The position numbers and the translations under genes are program-made. Below, one piece after another: positions 1-14,024 of a stretch of DNA of 64,000 nucleotides. The notes below the pieces were generated by a model. It ran no database searches and had not been told where the DNA came from. It saw only the letters and a list, made by a program, of their open reading frames with translations. The DNA comes from Hemiscyllium ocellatum (taxonomy: Eukaryota): NCBI RefSeq assembly GCF_020745735.1, contig NC_083435.1:35985090-36049089 (forward strand). The letters are read 5' to 3'. How positions within the stretch are numbered: the first letter of the stretch is position 1; every line of letters begins with the position of its first letter.

Positions 1-317
1 CTCCTCTCTCAGGGTGTGGTGTCCAGTCTCTGACTGTCTGGCTACTGGACAATCTGGGCCCTTCTGGTGCTGAAGCCTGGAATACAAGGAATCTTCTTGT
101 AATTCTAATGAGATTATTCCGGAGTGAAATCGATGAGTACTTCACCAATAACAGGGCTGTGGGAATCTGCAATCCCCAGAAGGCTTTGGAAGCTTGGGAT
201 TCGGAAACTTAGAATCAAAATCTTTAACTCAGTGAGACCAACATTGACATATCAACCCAGAGAACAAGGTGGGTAGCTGCAAACAAGGAAGTGAAAAAGT
301 GTCCTCAAAATGGTTTC

Positions 318-533
318 NNNNNNNNNNNNNNNNNNNNNNNNNNNNNNNNNNNNNNNNNNNNNNNNNNNNNNNNNNNNNNNNNNNNNNNNNNNNNNNNNNN
401 NNNNNNNNNNNNNNNNNNNNNNNNNNNNNNNNNNNNNNNNNNNNNNNNNNNNNNNNNNNNNNNNNNNNNNNNNNNNNNNNNNNNNNNNNNNNNNNNNNNN
501 NNNNNNNNNNNNNNNNNNNNNNNNNNNNNNNNN
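318..533. other. Assembly gap (216 N) directly after the alpha3 donor of class I copy A
   Basis: Run of N bases. Confidence 0.99.
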
Positions 534-537
534 TTAC

Positions 538-816
538 CCCACTGATAGAGCTTGCCCTCTGCCAGGCTGCTGTGTTCAATTTGACAGGAGTATTGATCCT
601 CATCCCCAGCATTGATCTCAATCTCTTTCTGGATCTGATGGGTCCCATCGTGGTTCGGTCGAACCCTCGAGGATTGGGTCTCAGACATGACCTCTCCATT
701 CCTTAGCCAGGTCACCTCGATGTCTACAGGATAAAACCCAGTGACCAGGCAGGAGAGAGTGAGCGGCTTGTCCTGACCATTGGGCTCCCTCCTGGAGATG
801 AACACTTTAGGCTGAA
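538..816 (-). CDS. Class I copy A alpha3 (Ig C1-set) exon, 279 bp
   Basis: cacag|TT CAG CCT ... TGG G|GTAA. QPKVFISRR..LTLSCLVTGFYPVDIEVTW..DGTHQ..YSCQIEHSSL..W, with both C1 cysteines and the W. Confidence 0.95.
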
Positions 817-932
817 CTGTGATGGGAAAGGGGGAAAACACAAACAACAGACAGACACTGAATGGAATGGGAGAACGGTTTCATAGATCAGTGAGGTTAG
901 ATCAGAACATGGAACGAAACACAAATATATAC

Positions 933-1206
933 TTTTCCTTTGAAATAATCTTTTCCAGCTTCCAGATATCTGTTTAAATATTCAACAACGAGTTCTTCCA
1001 GGTGTCTTTTCCAGTAGTTGTTCCAGGAATCATCAGACTCCCATTTCTCTTTAGTCATCACTGCAATGGGATTGGATGCGATCCATCTCATTGTGTCTGG
1101 TTCTAAACTAATAAAATCCTTTCCGTCAAATCCAAATCTCATCGATTCTTAATGCTGCCATCATCACTGACCTCAACAGTAGCTATCTGTTGAAAAGTGT
1201 GAATTC
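933..1206 (-). pseudogene. Class I copy A alpha2 exon with two single-base deletions
   Basis: gacag|GA ATT CAC ACT TTT CAA (GIHTFQ); FGFDGKDFISL, TKEKW, RYLEAGK. Bases equivalent to 40042 and 39835 of copy B are missing. Confidence 0.9.
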
Positions 1207-1739
1207 CTGTCGGTGATGAAACAGACATCGAAAATTAATAACTTATTTAACCAGAGGAACAATCCGATCAAATTATCCTGTATCAGGCCCAGGGTGAGGG
1301 GGTTACACATGGGGCTAATCCCCAAGGCCTGTGCTGTCAGAGGGTCCCAGACTCAGGCAGCATTGCCCCTTTCTCCAGCTGCTGTCTCACACCCCAACCT
1401 GGAGCAAATCAGCAAAGTGCTCTCCAATCCAGGTCAGAATTCCAGCGCTCACATTCCCACTGTCCTGGCACAACAGGCCCAGTCTTCCTGGTCATTTTCT
1501 TCAATCACATGTTGCATTCTGGGGGATGTAGTCCATGTCTGTCCATTACCACTCCGTCAGCCTCCCACAGGCACTGACCCACGATCTGACTCTGTGTGTT
1601 ATTTACAAGGACCCTCTCCCTGTGTGGGGCTGTGAAATCTCTTCCCCTGAGCCTGGCTGAATGAAGATGAGGATCAATCTCTAAGTTACTCACTACCTGT
1701 GTCCACTGCTTTCTGTCAGTTTTATAAATGATTTCAATG

Positions 1740-2470
1740 TGCAGATAGGAGGAATGGTTAGTAACGGTTCATTTGCAGATGACACCAAAACAGGGCTGAG
1801 GAGTTTAATTTAAATAAAAGTTGTTGCATTTTGGGTAAATCATAGTTGCACTTCTACAGTTAATGATAGGGTGCTGGGGAGTGGTGCCAAACAAACAGAC
1901 CTTGGGGTGTAGAGTCATAGTTCCTGAAGGTGGAGTTACAGATTGACAGGATAGTGAAGAAGGTGTTTGGTCTACTTGCCTTTAATGGTCAGTGGATTGA
2001 GGACAGGAGTTGGGATATCATGTTGCAGCTGTACAGAACATTGATTCAGCCAGTTTTCGAATGCTATGTTAGATTCTTGACTTCCTGCTTAGGAAATGTG
2101 AAAGGATTCAGAAAAGATTTACAAGGTTTGGAGCTGTAGTGAGTGACTGAATAGACTGGGGCTATTTTCCCCAGAGTGTTGGAGGCTGAGGGGTGACCTT
2201 ATCGAAGTTTATAAAATCATGAGGGGCATGGATAAGGTGAATAGCCAAATTCTTTTTCCCACGATAGGGGAGTCCAAAACTAAAGGGAATACGTTGAAAG
2301 TGAGAGGGAAAAGATATAAAAGCGATCTAAGAGGCAACTTGTTCACACAGAGGGTGGTGCAAATATGGAATGAGCTGCCAGAGGAAGTGATAGAGACTGG
2401 TACAATAACAGTATTTAAAAGGCATCAGGATGGGTTTATAAAGAGGAAGAGTTGAGAAGGATCTGGGCTG
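1740..2470 (+). mobile_element. Old CR1 LINE 3' RT fragment, continuing at 6994-7085 and shared with 40610-41930
   Basis: ELQIDRIVKK..FG, MRGMDKVN, RVVQIWNELPEEV motifs; collinear paralog in the copy B intron. Confidence 0.85.
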
Positions 2471-5400
2471 TCCTGCGTAATCCAAGCTGGAGGACAGGAA
2501 AGAAAATGTGTCTGGAAGAGCTGCTCTTTTTTGAGGTATTTTAGGTGTTCGGGTGATTTCCTCAAATTCCAGGAGCAGCAATTACTGTTGTACATGCTGC
2601 TGCATTGTTTTGGAACTTTGGAGAGAAAGAAAAGTCAAAACAACAGCACTTTTAAAAGGAGGAAAGGCAGACAAAGAGTTCACGTATCTGTGGATATCAG
2701 AGTGTGTCTTGGAAAAATAGCAAACAGCGAAATTCACAGCTGACCTTGGAGGAACCAGCACAGGAACAGATACGTTCATAATTTTTAATGTGTAACCTTG
2801 CTGGAAGTCTGCAGTCCTGAATATTGTAAATTATTTTTTGATTTGTTTAATTGAAACCTGTCTCTTGATTAAATTTTTAGAAATATAAACCAAACGTTCC
2901 CAGTTAGCCTGGAGCACTGCTTTCCAGCACAATAAGACGGTGCCATTTTCTGGGTTTGTATATTGTGAAGGAGCAGTGATAGCCCTTAGTAGAGTGATAT
3001 GCTCTTCCTGTCGGATGAGGGAGGTTAGGGAGAGTTTTCATGTTACTGATGATTGTTTGCAGGAAATGTGCTTGGTTGCGAATCCTATTGAATCGCATGG
3101 ATCGGTTGGAGCTACAGTTGGAGGCAATGAGGAATTTACTAGAGAAAGGGGGTGTGATGGATGGCAGTTACAGGAAGGCAGAAAAGCCACAGATAAAGTC
3201 AGGTAGATGGGTTACCTCCAGGAAAGGTAGGAGAGGTAGGCACGAAGTGCAGGAGTCTCCTGTGGCTATCCCCATTTCAAACAAGGATGTTGTTTTGGAA
3301 AATGTAAGGGGTGATGGGGTCTCAGGGGAGTGTAACAGGAACAGCCAAGTTTCTGGTATCAAGACTGGCTCTCATGTAATGTGGGGTACGTCGGGTTCCA
3401 AGCAATCGATTGTGTTAGGGCGCTCTCTATTCAGAGGCATGGACAACATTTCTGTGACCAGCAGTGAAAAATCAGAATGGTATGATCAAAATCCCTGGTT
3501 TCAGAATCAAGGATATCTCAGACAGAGTGAAGAATGTTCTCAAAAGGGGAGAAGGACTAGCAAGAGGTCATTGTACACGTTGGAACCAATGACATAAGAA
3601 GGGAAAAGGATGAGATTCTGAATGGAGAATATAGAGAGTTAGGCAGAGATTTAAAAAGGAGGTCCTCAAGGGTAGTAATATCTTGATTACTCCTGGTGCT
3701 GCTAGCTAATGAGGGTAGAAATAGAAGGATAGGGCAGATGAATAATTGGCTGAGGAGCTGGTGTATGGGAGAAGGATTCACATTTTTGGATCATTGGAAT
3801 CTCTTCTGAGGTAGAAGTGACCTGTACAAGAAGGATAGATTGCATCTAAATTGGAAGGCGGGGGGAGGGGGCGACTAATATACTGGCAGGGAGATTTGCT
3901 AGAGCTGCTCTGGAGGATTTAAATGAGTAAGGTGGAGGGAGGGGGCGCACCCAGGGAGATATTGAGAAAGGGGATCAAGCTGAGACTGGTACAGTTGGGA
4001 AAGGGAGTTAGTCAAACAGCTGGGGCAGGAAGGAACATAGCAGACAAGATAGCAGTGATAAATTAAACTGCATTTACTTCAATGCAAGAGGCCGAATAGA
4101 GAATGCAAATGAACTCAGGGCATGGCTGGGAACATGGGACAAGGATATCATAGCAATTACAGGAATGTGGCTCATGGATGATCAGGCCTGGTCGCTTAAT
4201 GTTCCAGGATACAAATGTGAGAGAAGGATTACAGGGGTGGGGGTGCAAGAGAGGAAGGGGAGCAGCATTTTTGATAAGGGACAGTATAACTGAAGGAGGA
4301 TATTCCTGGGAGTACATCATGATGAGTTATTTAGGTGGAACTGAGAAATAAGAAAGGGATGATCACTTTTTTTGGAATTGTAGATACCTTAATAGTTAGC
4401 GGAAAACTGAGAAACAAGTTTGTAAAGAGATGTGAGCTATCTGTAAGAATAATCGGGTGGTTATGAAAGGGGATTTCAACTTTCCAAACATGGACTGGGA
4501 TTGCCATCGTGTTAAGGGTTTAGATGGAGAGGAAATTATGTACAAGAAAATTTTCTGATTCAGTGTATGGATGTACCTACTAGAGAAAGTGGAAAACTTG
4601 ACTGAGTCTTGGGAAGTAAGGTAAAAGTGACTGAGGTGTCAGTGGGGGAGCACTTTGGGGCCAGCGACCACATTTCTATTAGTTTTAAAGTACTGATGGA
4701 AAAAGATAGACCTGACCTAAAGGCTGAAGTTCTAAATTGGTGGAAGACTAAGTTTGATGGTATTAGGCAAGAACTTTCAAGAACTTTCCTGATGAAGGGC
4801 TTATGCTCGAAACGTCGAATTCTCTATTCCTGAGATGCTGCCTGGCCTGCTGTGCTTTGACCAGCAACACATTTGCAGCTGTGATCTCCAGCATCTGCAG
4901 ACCTCATTTTTTACTCGAAGAACTTTCAAAAGCTGACTGGGGGCGGATGTTCGCAGGTAAAGGGATGGTTGGAAAACGGGAAACCTTGAAATGTGAGACA
5001 ATGGAAGTCCAGAGGCAGTATATTTCTGTCAGGGTGAAAAGAAAGGCTGGTAGGTATAGGCATGCTGGATGACAAGAGAAACTAGGGTTTGGTTAAGAAT
5101 AAGAAGGAAGCATATGACAAGTATAGACAGGATACATCAAGTGAATCCTTAGAAGAGTATAAATGCAGTAGGAGTATACTAAAGACAGAAATCAAGAGGG
5201 CAAAAAGGGGACAAGAGACAGTTTTGCCAAATAGGGTGAAGGAGAATCCAAAGTGTTTTTACAAATAAGGACAGAAGGGTAAGTAGGGAGAGGCAGCCTT
5301 TGTATGGAGCCAGAGGAGATGGGGGAGATGCTAAATGAGTATTTTACATCAGGGTATACTGTGGAGAAGGACATGGAAGATATAGAATGTAGGGAAATGG

Positions 5401-6993
5401 ATGGTGACATCTTGAAAAATGTCCAGATGACAGAGGAGGAAATGCTGGATGTCATGAAACACATAAAAGTGGATAAATCCTCAGGTATACCCTAGAACTC
5501 TGTGGGAAGTTAGGGAAGTGATTGCTGGGCCCCTTGCTGAGATATTTGTATCATCGATAGTCACAAGAAGACTGGGGATTGGCTAACATGGTACCACTAT
5601 TTAAGAAGTGTGGTAAGGAAAACCCAGGGAACTACAGACCAGTGACCCTGATATTGGTGGTGTCACATTGTTGGAGGGAATCCTGAGGGACAGGATTTAC
5701 ACATATTTGGAAAGGCAAAGACTGATTGGGGTTAGTCGGCATGGGTTTGTGTGTGGGAAATCATGTCTCATAAACTTGATTGAGTTTTTTGAGGAAGTAA
5801 ACAAAGAGGATTGATGAGGGCAGAGTGGTAGATGTAACATATATGGACTTCAGTAAGGCATTTGACAAAGTTCCACATGAAAGACTACTTAGCAAGGTTA
5901 GATCTCATGGAATACAGGGGAACTAGCCATTTGAATATAGAACTGGCTCAAAGGTAGAAGACAGAGGGTGGAGGTGGAAGATTGCTTTTCAGACTGGAGG
6001 CCTGTGACCTGTGGTATATCACAAGGTTCAGTGATGGCTCTACTGCTTTTTGTCATTTATATAAATGATTTGGGTGTGAACATCGGAAGTATAATTAGTA
6101 AGTTTGCAGATGACATCAAAATTGGAGATGTGGTGGACATTGAAGAAGGTTACCTCAGATTACAACGGGATCTTGATCAGATGGGCCAACAGTCTGAGGA
6201 GTGGCAGATGGAGTTTAGTTTAGATAAATGTGAGGTGCTGCATTTTGGAAAAGCAAATCAGAGCATGACATTTGGCCCGATGGAGTGCTGCTGAACAAAG
6301 AGACCTTAGAGTGCAGATTCATAGCTCCCTGAAAGTAGAGTTGCAGGTAGATAGGATATTGAAGAAGGCATTTTGTATGGCTTCCTTTATTGGTCAGAGT
6401 ATTGAGTACAGGAGTTGGGAGTTATATTGTGACTATATAGGACATTGGTAAGGCTGCTTTTCGAATGTTGCATGCAATTCTGGTCTCCTTCCTATGGGAA
6501 GGATGTTGTGAAACTTGGAAGGGTCTAGAAAAAATTTTCAAGGATTTTGTCAGGGTTGACGGTTTGATCTGAAGGGAGAGGCTGAACAGGCTAGGGCTGT
6601 TTTCCCTGGAGGGTTGGAGAGTATGGGGTGGCTTGATAGAGGTTTATAAAATCATGAGGGCATGGATAGGATAAATAGACAAGGTCTTTTTCCTGGGGTG
6701 GGGGAGTCCAGAACTCGAGGGCATAAGTTCAGGGAGAGAGGGGAAAGGGACGTAAGGGACAACCTTTTCATGCAGAGGGTGGTACATGTATGGAATGAGG
6801 TGCCACAAGAAGTGGTGGAGGTTGGTACAATTGCAGCATTTAAAAGACATCTAGATGGATATATGAATTGGAAGGGTTTAGAGTGAGATGGGCCAAGTGC
6901 TGGCAAATGGGACCAGATTAATTTCGGATATCTTGTCGGCATGGATGACTTGGACCGAATGGTCTGTTTCTGTGCTGTACATCTCTATGACTC
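2471..6993 (+). mobile_element. Near-full-length degenerate CR1 LINE (5' UTR, ORF1 zinc finger plus SGNH esterase, ORF2 EN-RT)
   Basis: ORF1 CSSC..CRKC and VIVHVGTNDI, DRLHL. ORF2 starts KLNCIYFNARG near 4062; RT QGSV..LF.IYINDL, KFADD. Absent from the paralogous site near 41820. Confidence 0.9.
4781..4917 (+). mobile_element. Penelope-derived short element with hammerhead core, inserted in CR1
   Basis: CTGATGA-A-GGGC-TTAT-GCTC-GAA-ACGT-C; 12-bp TSD aagaactttcaa at 4769-4780 and 4918-4929. Confidence 0.7.
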
Positions 6994-7589
6994 TAAATGC
7001 TGACAAATGGGACTTAGATCAGTTTAGGATATCTGCTCTGCATGGAAGAGTTGACTGTAAGGTCTATCTCTGTGCTGTACGATTCTATGAATCTACCTTC
7101 TGTACAATTTCCTCTAATTATTACAGTGTTTTTAAACTATGTTCTCATTGTTTAATCTATTCATCACAAATTAAACAGAATGAGTTGGCCTCTTTTGGGC
7201 AGTGATGGTTTCCCAGAATGCCCTGTTTCAGGTCCCAGCTGCCCCAAAGGGGTCACAATGTATCTGCACAACGTGATTCCAAAATATCTCCAGATCATGA
7301 ATGGACCGTGACAGTCAAATATTCTCTTTCAAGTCCCTCATGTTCTCAATTCATTCGTTGTCTAACTGTTTGCTGATTGGCTCATAACTTAACATGAATA
7401 ATATTAATAATCATTCCATCAATTTCTGCATCTTTAAAATATTTCTTCATTCCTAGCTTTGTTTGCTTTATAATTCTTTTTTCTATTTTAATGACAATAA
7501 ATAATATACTGCAATGCAACACTTGATACGCTGCTTTCAAACACACTCCCAGTTAATTTTAGTAACATGGGAGTTCAGAGGGAGAGTGG

Positions 7590-10255
7590 GCAAGTCAGCC
7601 CTTTGAGTCCACTCCACCATTTAACATGATCATGGCTGATCTTCTCCTGATCTCACCTCCACCTTCCTGCCTGCTCCCATCCCCCTTTATCCTGCTTTCC
7701 ATCAGAAATGTAGCCATTTCTTTCCTGAATTTATTGATTGATTCTTCCCCACTCTGGGTCAGTGAGTTCCACAGATTCACAACCCTCTGAAAGAGGGAGT
7801 TTCTTCTCAAATGAGTTTTGAATCTATCTCCTCTCTCTCTCTATGTCTATGACCTCTTGTTCGAGACTGTCCCACAGAGGAACATCTGTTTGACATCAAC
7901 CTTCCCATTCACCTTGAGCATTTTATATTCCTCAATCAGATCCTTCTTCATTCTTCTTGTCTCCAGTGAGTCCAGGCCCAAGCTATACAATTGCTTCTCG
8001 TACAATAACCCTTTCATCCCTGGAACCAGCCTGGTGAACCTCCTCTGAACTGCCTGCAATGCCACCACATCCTCCCTTAGGTAAGGAGACCACAACTGGA
8101 CATCATTCTTCAGGTGTGGTCCTACCAATGCCTTATATAATTGTAACAACACTTAGAGTCATAGAGATGTACAGCATGGAAACAGACCCTTTGGTCCTAC
8201 CCATCCACACCGACCAGATATCCCAACCCAATCGAGTCCCACCTGTCAGCACCCGGCCCCTATCCCTCCAAACCCTTCCTATTCATATACTCATCCAAAT
8301 GCCTCTTAAAGTTACAATTGTACCAGCCTCCACCACACTCTCTGACAGCTCATTTCATACACGTACCACCCTCTGCGTGAAAATGTTGCCCCGTAGGTAT
8401 CTTTTATATCTTTCCCCTCTCGCACTAAACCTATGCCCTCTTGTTCTGGACTCCCTGACCCCAGGGAAAAGACTGTCTGTTTATCCTATCCATGGTCCTC
8501 ATAATTTTGTAAACCTCAATAAGGTCACCCCTCAGCCTCCGACGGTCCAGGGAAAACAGACCCAGCCTATTCAGCCTAACCCTATTAGCTCAAATCCTCC
8601 AAACCTGGCAACATCCTTGCAACTATTTTCTGAACACTTTCAAGTTTCACAACATCTTTCCGATAGGAAGGAGACCAGAATTGCACACAATATTCCAACA
8701 GTGGCCGAACCAATGTCCTGTACAGCCGCAACATGACCTCCCAACTCCTGTACTTAATACTCTGACTAATAATGGAAAGCATAGCAAACACCTTCTTCAC
8801 GATCCTATCTACCTGTAACTCCACTTTCAAGAAGCTATGAACCTGCTCTTTGTTCAGCAACACTCCCTGGGACCTTACCATTAAGTGTATACATCCTGCT
8901 AAGATTTGCTTTTCCAAAATGCAGCATCTCATTCTTATCTGAATTAAACTCCATCTGCCACTTCTTAGCCCATTGGCCTATCTGGTCAAGATCCTGTTGT
9001 AATCTGAGGTAACCCTCTTCGCTGTCCACCACACTTCCAATTTTGGTATCATCTGCAAACTTACTAACTGTACCTCTTATGCTTGCATCCAAATCATTTA
9101 TGTAAATGACAAAAAGTAGAGGACCCAGTACCGATCCTTGTGGCACTCCACTGGTCAGAGGCCTCTAGTCTGAGAAACAACCCTCCACCACCACCCTCTG
9201 TCTTCTACCTTTGAGCCAGTTCTATATCCAAACAGCTAGTTCTCCCTGTAATTCCATGAGATCTAACCTTGCTAATCAATCTGCCATGGGGAACCTTGTT
9301 GAATGCCTTACTGAAGTCCATATAGATCACATCTACCGCTCTGCCCTCATCAATCCTCTTTGTTACTTCATCAAAAACTCAATCAAGTTTGTGAGACATG
9401 ATTTCCCACACACAAAACCATGTTGACTATCCCGAATTAGTCCTTGCCTTTACAAATACATGTACATCCTGTCCCTCAGGATTCCCTCCAACAACTTGCC
9501 CACACTGAGGTCAGGCTCATCGGTCAATAGTTCCCTGGCTTGTTTTACCACCCTTCGTAAACAGTGGCATCACATTAGCCAACCTCCAGTCTTCTGGCAC
9601 CTCACCTCTAGTATCTCAGCAAGAGGCCTAACAAATCACTCCTCTAGCTTCCCACAGAGTTCTAGGGTACACCTGCTCAGGTCCTGGGATTTATCCACCT
9701 TTACCCATTTCAAGACATCCAGCACTTCCTCCTCTGTCATATGTTCTTTGCAATAAATGCCAGTATTCCATTTGCCTTTCTTGTTATATGCTGCACCTGC
9801 ATATCCACTTTCTGCAATTCATGGCCAAAAACACCCAGATCCCTCTGCACTGACACACTGTGAACCTGCTTCCCAACGAAATGACTATTTGTCGTCTTAT
9901 TTTCCAGCCAAAATGAACAAGCCCACACTTATCCACATTAACCTCCACCAATCAGAGTCTGACCCATTCTCCAAGCAATATCCATCTGGAAACTTATTAT
10001 CTCCTCACCATAGCCTGGTTTCCCACCAATCTCAGTATCATCCACGAGTTTATCTGTGATACACACTGATCCTGCTTGCAGTTCATTTATACAGATTGCA
10101 AATACTTGAAGTCTGACAACTAACCTGTGCAGCACAAGACTAGTTACAGGTCACAATCCAGAGAAGGACCTATTTTTCCTGATCCTCTGTTTTGTGTCAG
10201 TTAGTCAATCCTTTATTTAAGCCAATACTCTACCTTTAACTCCCTAGGATCTAAC
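7590..10255 (-). mobile_element. Nested CR1 fragments; a younger CR1 (about 8153-9744) is inserted in an older one shared with 42410-43640
   Basis: RT motifs PQGSVLGPLLFVIYINDL, KFADDTK. Empty site acaacacttctttgcaat at about 42957-42974. Confidence 0.85.
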
Positions 10256-10261
10256 CTTCAA

Positions 10262-10730
10262 CAAAAGACCCTTTACCCATCATGTGCAAGACTAAAGTAA
10301 TTTACAAGATACCCTGCAAAGACTGCATGAAACACTATATACACCAGGCAGACAACAAACAATTCACATCCATGAACACCAACTAGCCACTAAATATCTT
10401 GACCAGCTGTCCCTGATAGCCAAATATACAGAAGCCAAGGACCACAAATTCGACTGAATCAACACAACTATCATAGGACAAGCTAAACAGAGGACAGCCA
10501 GCGAATTTCTAGAAGCACGCCAGTCAACAAACACATTACCTAGGTCCAATATACCGGCCACTACAATGAACAACTGGAACCAGAAGGAACAGAGCCAAGT
10601 AAATTCCAGAAAGCACAGTACAGCAGCGCTTCACAGGAGGCTCTGAAGCACTGGAGATGTCACTTAGACAGGGGATGAAATGTCTGCAAATCAATTTTCT
10701 AGTTCAGCGACCATACCCTTCCCATGGCAA
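10262..10730 (+). mobile_element. Penelope-like element, GIY-YIG endonuclease end and pseudo-LTR
   Basis: KDPLPIMCKTKVIYKIPCKDCMKHYI, IHEHQL, EFLEA; degenerate hammerhead core near 10648-10688. Confidence 0.75.
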
Positions 10731-12084
10731 CCGGCACCCAAGCTACTCTCAATTGTCTCTGCTTATCTCGATGGATGCTGCCTGGCCAGCTTTGAATTTC
10801 CAGCATTTAAATTTCAGATTTCCAGCATCTGCAATACTTTCCTACCCTGTGATATGCTGCAGTGACATGTCTACTTTCGGGGTACCTGTAAGATGTTACT
10901 GCATTGGGCCAGGTTTGAAGAAACTGAGATGCTCACATAACAGGAAAAAACAAGTTGCATGTTGGTAGGGCTCCCATGACTGAGCGGCACAAAATGGCTG
11001 CTGGCTGCCCATGGTTAACGCAGCAGAACATGGCTGACAGTAGTTACAGCACTTAGGAAAATGTTTGCTTCATGTAGCCTTCACATGTAGGACAATAGTA
11101 ACTCTGTATAATCAAGGTTACTGACTGAGAGAGAATGTGCAGCTGCAGTTGCTTTCTTAGATAAGAACATTTCACTAAATTAGTTGTTTCTCTTGAATTA
11201 TTTAATGAATCTGTTACAATATTAAGAGTAGGTTTCATTTATGATTCTTCAGATAATCATAGATATCGATTCTGAAGTAGTTGTGAATCTACATATATAT
11301 AAAAAAAACACTAAAAGTACTGGAGGAAAAGATTCAAATCAGTTTCAGACAGTAAACACAATCCCAATTACTATTACCATTACTACAGGAATGAAAACAG
11401 AGATCAGAAGATATCGTAATGTGGATTGAATGAACACTTTAAGACACTATTTGTTAGCTGAAGAATTCTAACATTTAGTGAAACTACCTAACTTTGTTGG
11501 GACCATTTAAAACTCAATATTCTTTTGTTTTTCCTGTGATGAGAAATGTGAAAGGTTCCTGAAGCAAGTATCCAGTAAATTGGATGCAGGTAACATGGTG
11601 CAGCTGGGAGGTGTCACTGGAATACAGTATCTATTGTGAAAAACCTCAAGAAGAAAGATAAGAAAGGCTGGGTAAACATCATGAGGGACCAGGGGTGGGC
11701 CAATAACCTGTCCATCTCTTTGTTGTTCAGTGATATGACGAAATACATTGAGGTAAACTTGAACTGTGTAAAATGCTGTATAGAGAGCCAATTACAGAGA
11801 GATAACTCAACATCACTGACCATTTGTTATTGGTGGGGGAGGGGGTCCTGCACACTCTCAGCTTCAACCCGATACGTTCAGACATTCTGAAGCTTTTAGT
11901 GTGCCTTTTTGCAATGCTGTAACTGAAGCTGTCGATCACATTAAAGGTTATCTGAATCTGCTCCGTGACTCAGACTCTCACAGATAAAGTCTAACATCTG
12001 AGAAAGCAATGGTTGGAAGGTGGGTCATACTGAATGCTGAGATTTCAATGGGCTTTGCAAATAGACGAATGGAGTACAAAATCT

Positions 12085-12674
12085 GGGGGGGGAAGAGACT
12101 GTCACACACCTCCTTCTGGAATGTGCCTATGCAGAGGAAGTCTGGAGAGGAATGCAGTGGTGTTTGTCGAGGTTCGTCTCGAGCAGCGCCGTGACGCGGG
12201 ACTCCGTGCTCTATAGCCTGTTCCCCGGGACGCACACCGAGACGAACATCAACTGTGTCTGGGGGATCATCAACTCGGTGAAGGACGCTCTCTGGGTGGT
12301 CCGAAACCTGTTGATCTTTCAGCTGAAGGAGTTAACCCTGACTGAGTGTTGCAGACTGGCACATTCCAACGTCCAGGACTACGTGTTGAGAGACGCGCTG
12401 AAGCTTGGGGCAGCTGCCGCCAAGGCGCGGTGGGGAAAGACCACCATGTAACATCTGCCTGTCTAAAGAAGAACAGGGGCCCCATGCAGTCGTTTGGGCT
12501 ATGTTGGCGCCTCAGTTAATTATATGGACATATGAATGAGAAAGGCACAGACCTGTATGTAACAATGATAATTTCTGAGCTGTGTATGTAAATGTTGACA
12601 TATGTACGGCATGACCAAATGTACAGACCATCAAATTATTTTATGAATAAAGTATATTTTTGAAATAAAAAAAA
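12085..12674 (+). mobile_element. Tx1-like non-LTR retrotransposon, 3' fragment
   Basis: ETVTHLLLEC...WGKTT, 3' UTR and A-tail matching 22100-22660; absent at the paralogous site near 48352. Confidence 0.9.
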
Positions 12675-12940
12675 ATTTTGTTAAACCTATGGAAAACATT
12701 TTGACTGCACCGTGTCTACAATTTCCTATTTCGGGCGCTCAAAAGATATGAAGAAGCGGGGTGAATGTTGGTGGTGCACTGTGGGTGGAAAAGGCTCACA
12801 GAGATAAGGGAAGCATCGAGGCCTATTACATCTCTCCCAGCCCCGGGACCCAAATGCCAGTGTTGGGGAATGAATGAGGTTTTATGATGAAAGGATGAAA
12901 GGGGACAACCAATAGAGAAATTCAATCAGCCACATCTTAC

Positions 12941-13201
12941 CAGATGTCTGGTTTGTCCTCTTCATTACTGCACTCATTGTTTCCTTTGCTATGTTTGCAC
13001 GTATTTTTACCCGATCTGTGAGATAATCCCAGAAATTCACATTGAAGGATTCTGCCATGAACTGCTGTCTGGGGATGCACTGTTGGGTTTTACTGTCACG
13101 AGAAGCTGTTATAACTCCATTGACCGTTGCACTGTTTGTAATCTCAGGAAAATCCTTAATTCCAGAAACAACTGTGTAAATCACAGTGATTACATTAGTC
13201 C
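12941..13201 (-). CDS. Class I copy A alpha1 exon, 261 bp
   Basis: tttatag|GG ACT ... TCT G|GTAAG. GTNVITVIYTVVSGIKDFPE...FWDY...KRTNQTS, with the N86 sequon NQT. Confidence 0.92.
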
Positions 13202-14024
13202 CTATAAAGCAAACAATGAAAGCAGGAAGTTACACAACACGAAAATAAACATCATATTAATAACCTGGGCCACAAAACCAGAATCACATCACAGATCCCA
13301 GGGACATCACTAATGTGAGAGATTGCCCTCAAAATCACTTTCAACTTGTTATATCTGTAAAGGTCAGGCTGAAAACAATTACACAGACTTTCAGCTGGTC
13401 AAAGTGAGGCCCATCCACACAGTGACAATCTCCAATAATCCACCAAATTATAACACTGTCAGAATCCTGTCTGATATAATCAATAGAATCAGATTCAACT
13501 GGGTCAGAATTAGCTGCTGCAGCCTCTCAGAACAGGGAGTAAACACAGAGTCAGGGTCACTCGGATACTCGATAGAATCAGTGTGGACACAGGGAGAGGC
13601 TGGGACACAATCCAGGGATTGGATATTAAACAGAAAATCACTAACCTGGAACAGGAACTTGGCATAAATGGAAGAAAAATATTGAAAGGACTCTCCTGCC
13701 CATGGTCCATCTGGAGTGAGGAATTCAGGATAATCCGAGGGTAGGTTTATCCATAACCAGGAAAGGTGTGGGGTGAGTGAATCCAGATTGAAATGAAGAG
13801 AAACAGGAATATTTGGGAGGATGAAGTGTGAGACCATGGGGGACAGTCACTGTGTGAACAGTCTCTCTGTCAAACAGGGAGATGGACAATCCCGAGCAGG
13901 ATCCCCACTGTCCTTCACTGAGCTTTTTAATCAGCACTTTATACACGGCCAGTAGGATGTTGGTGTCTGAGATAACCCGGCCTATTCAACCATGAGGGCA
14001 TCACAGCTGGGCCTGGGCTGGGTT

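Noticed and set aside
1213-1635. 140-aa plus-strand ORF and similar ORFs antisense to exons or within introns (e.g. 13323-13667/48983-49327, 20072-20317)
   Set aside because: No domain similarity. Recurrence in both copies reflects the segmental duplication, and the frames are not consistently preserved.
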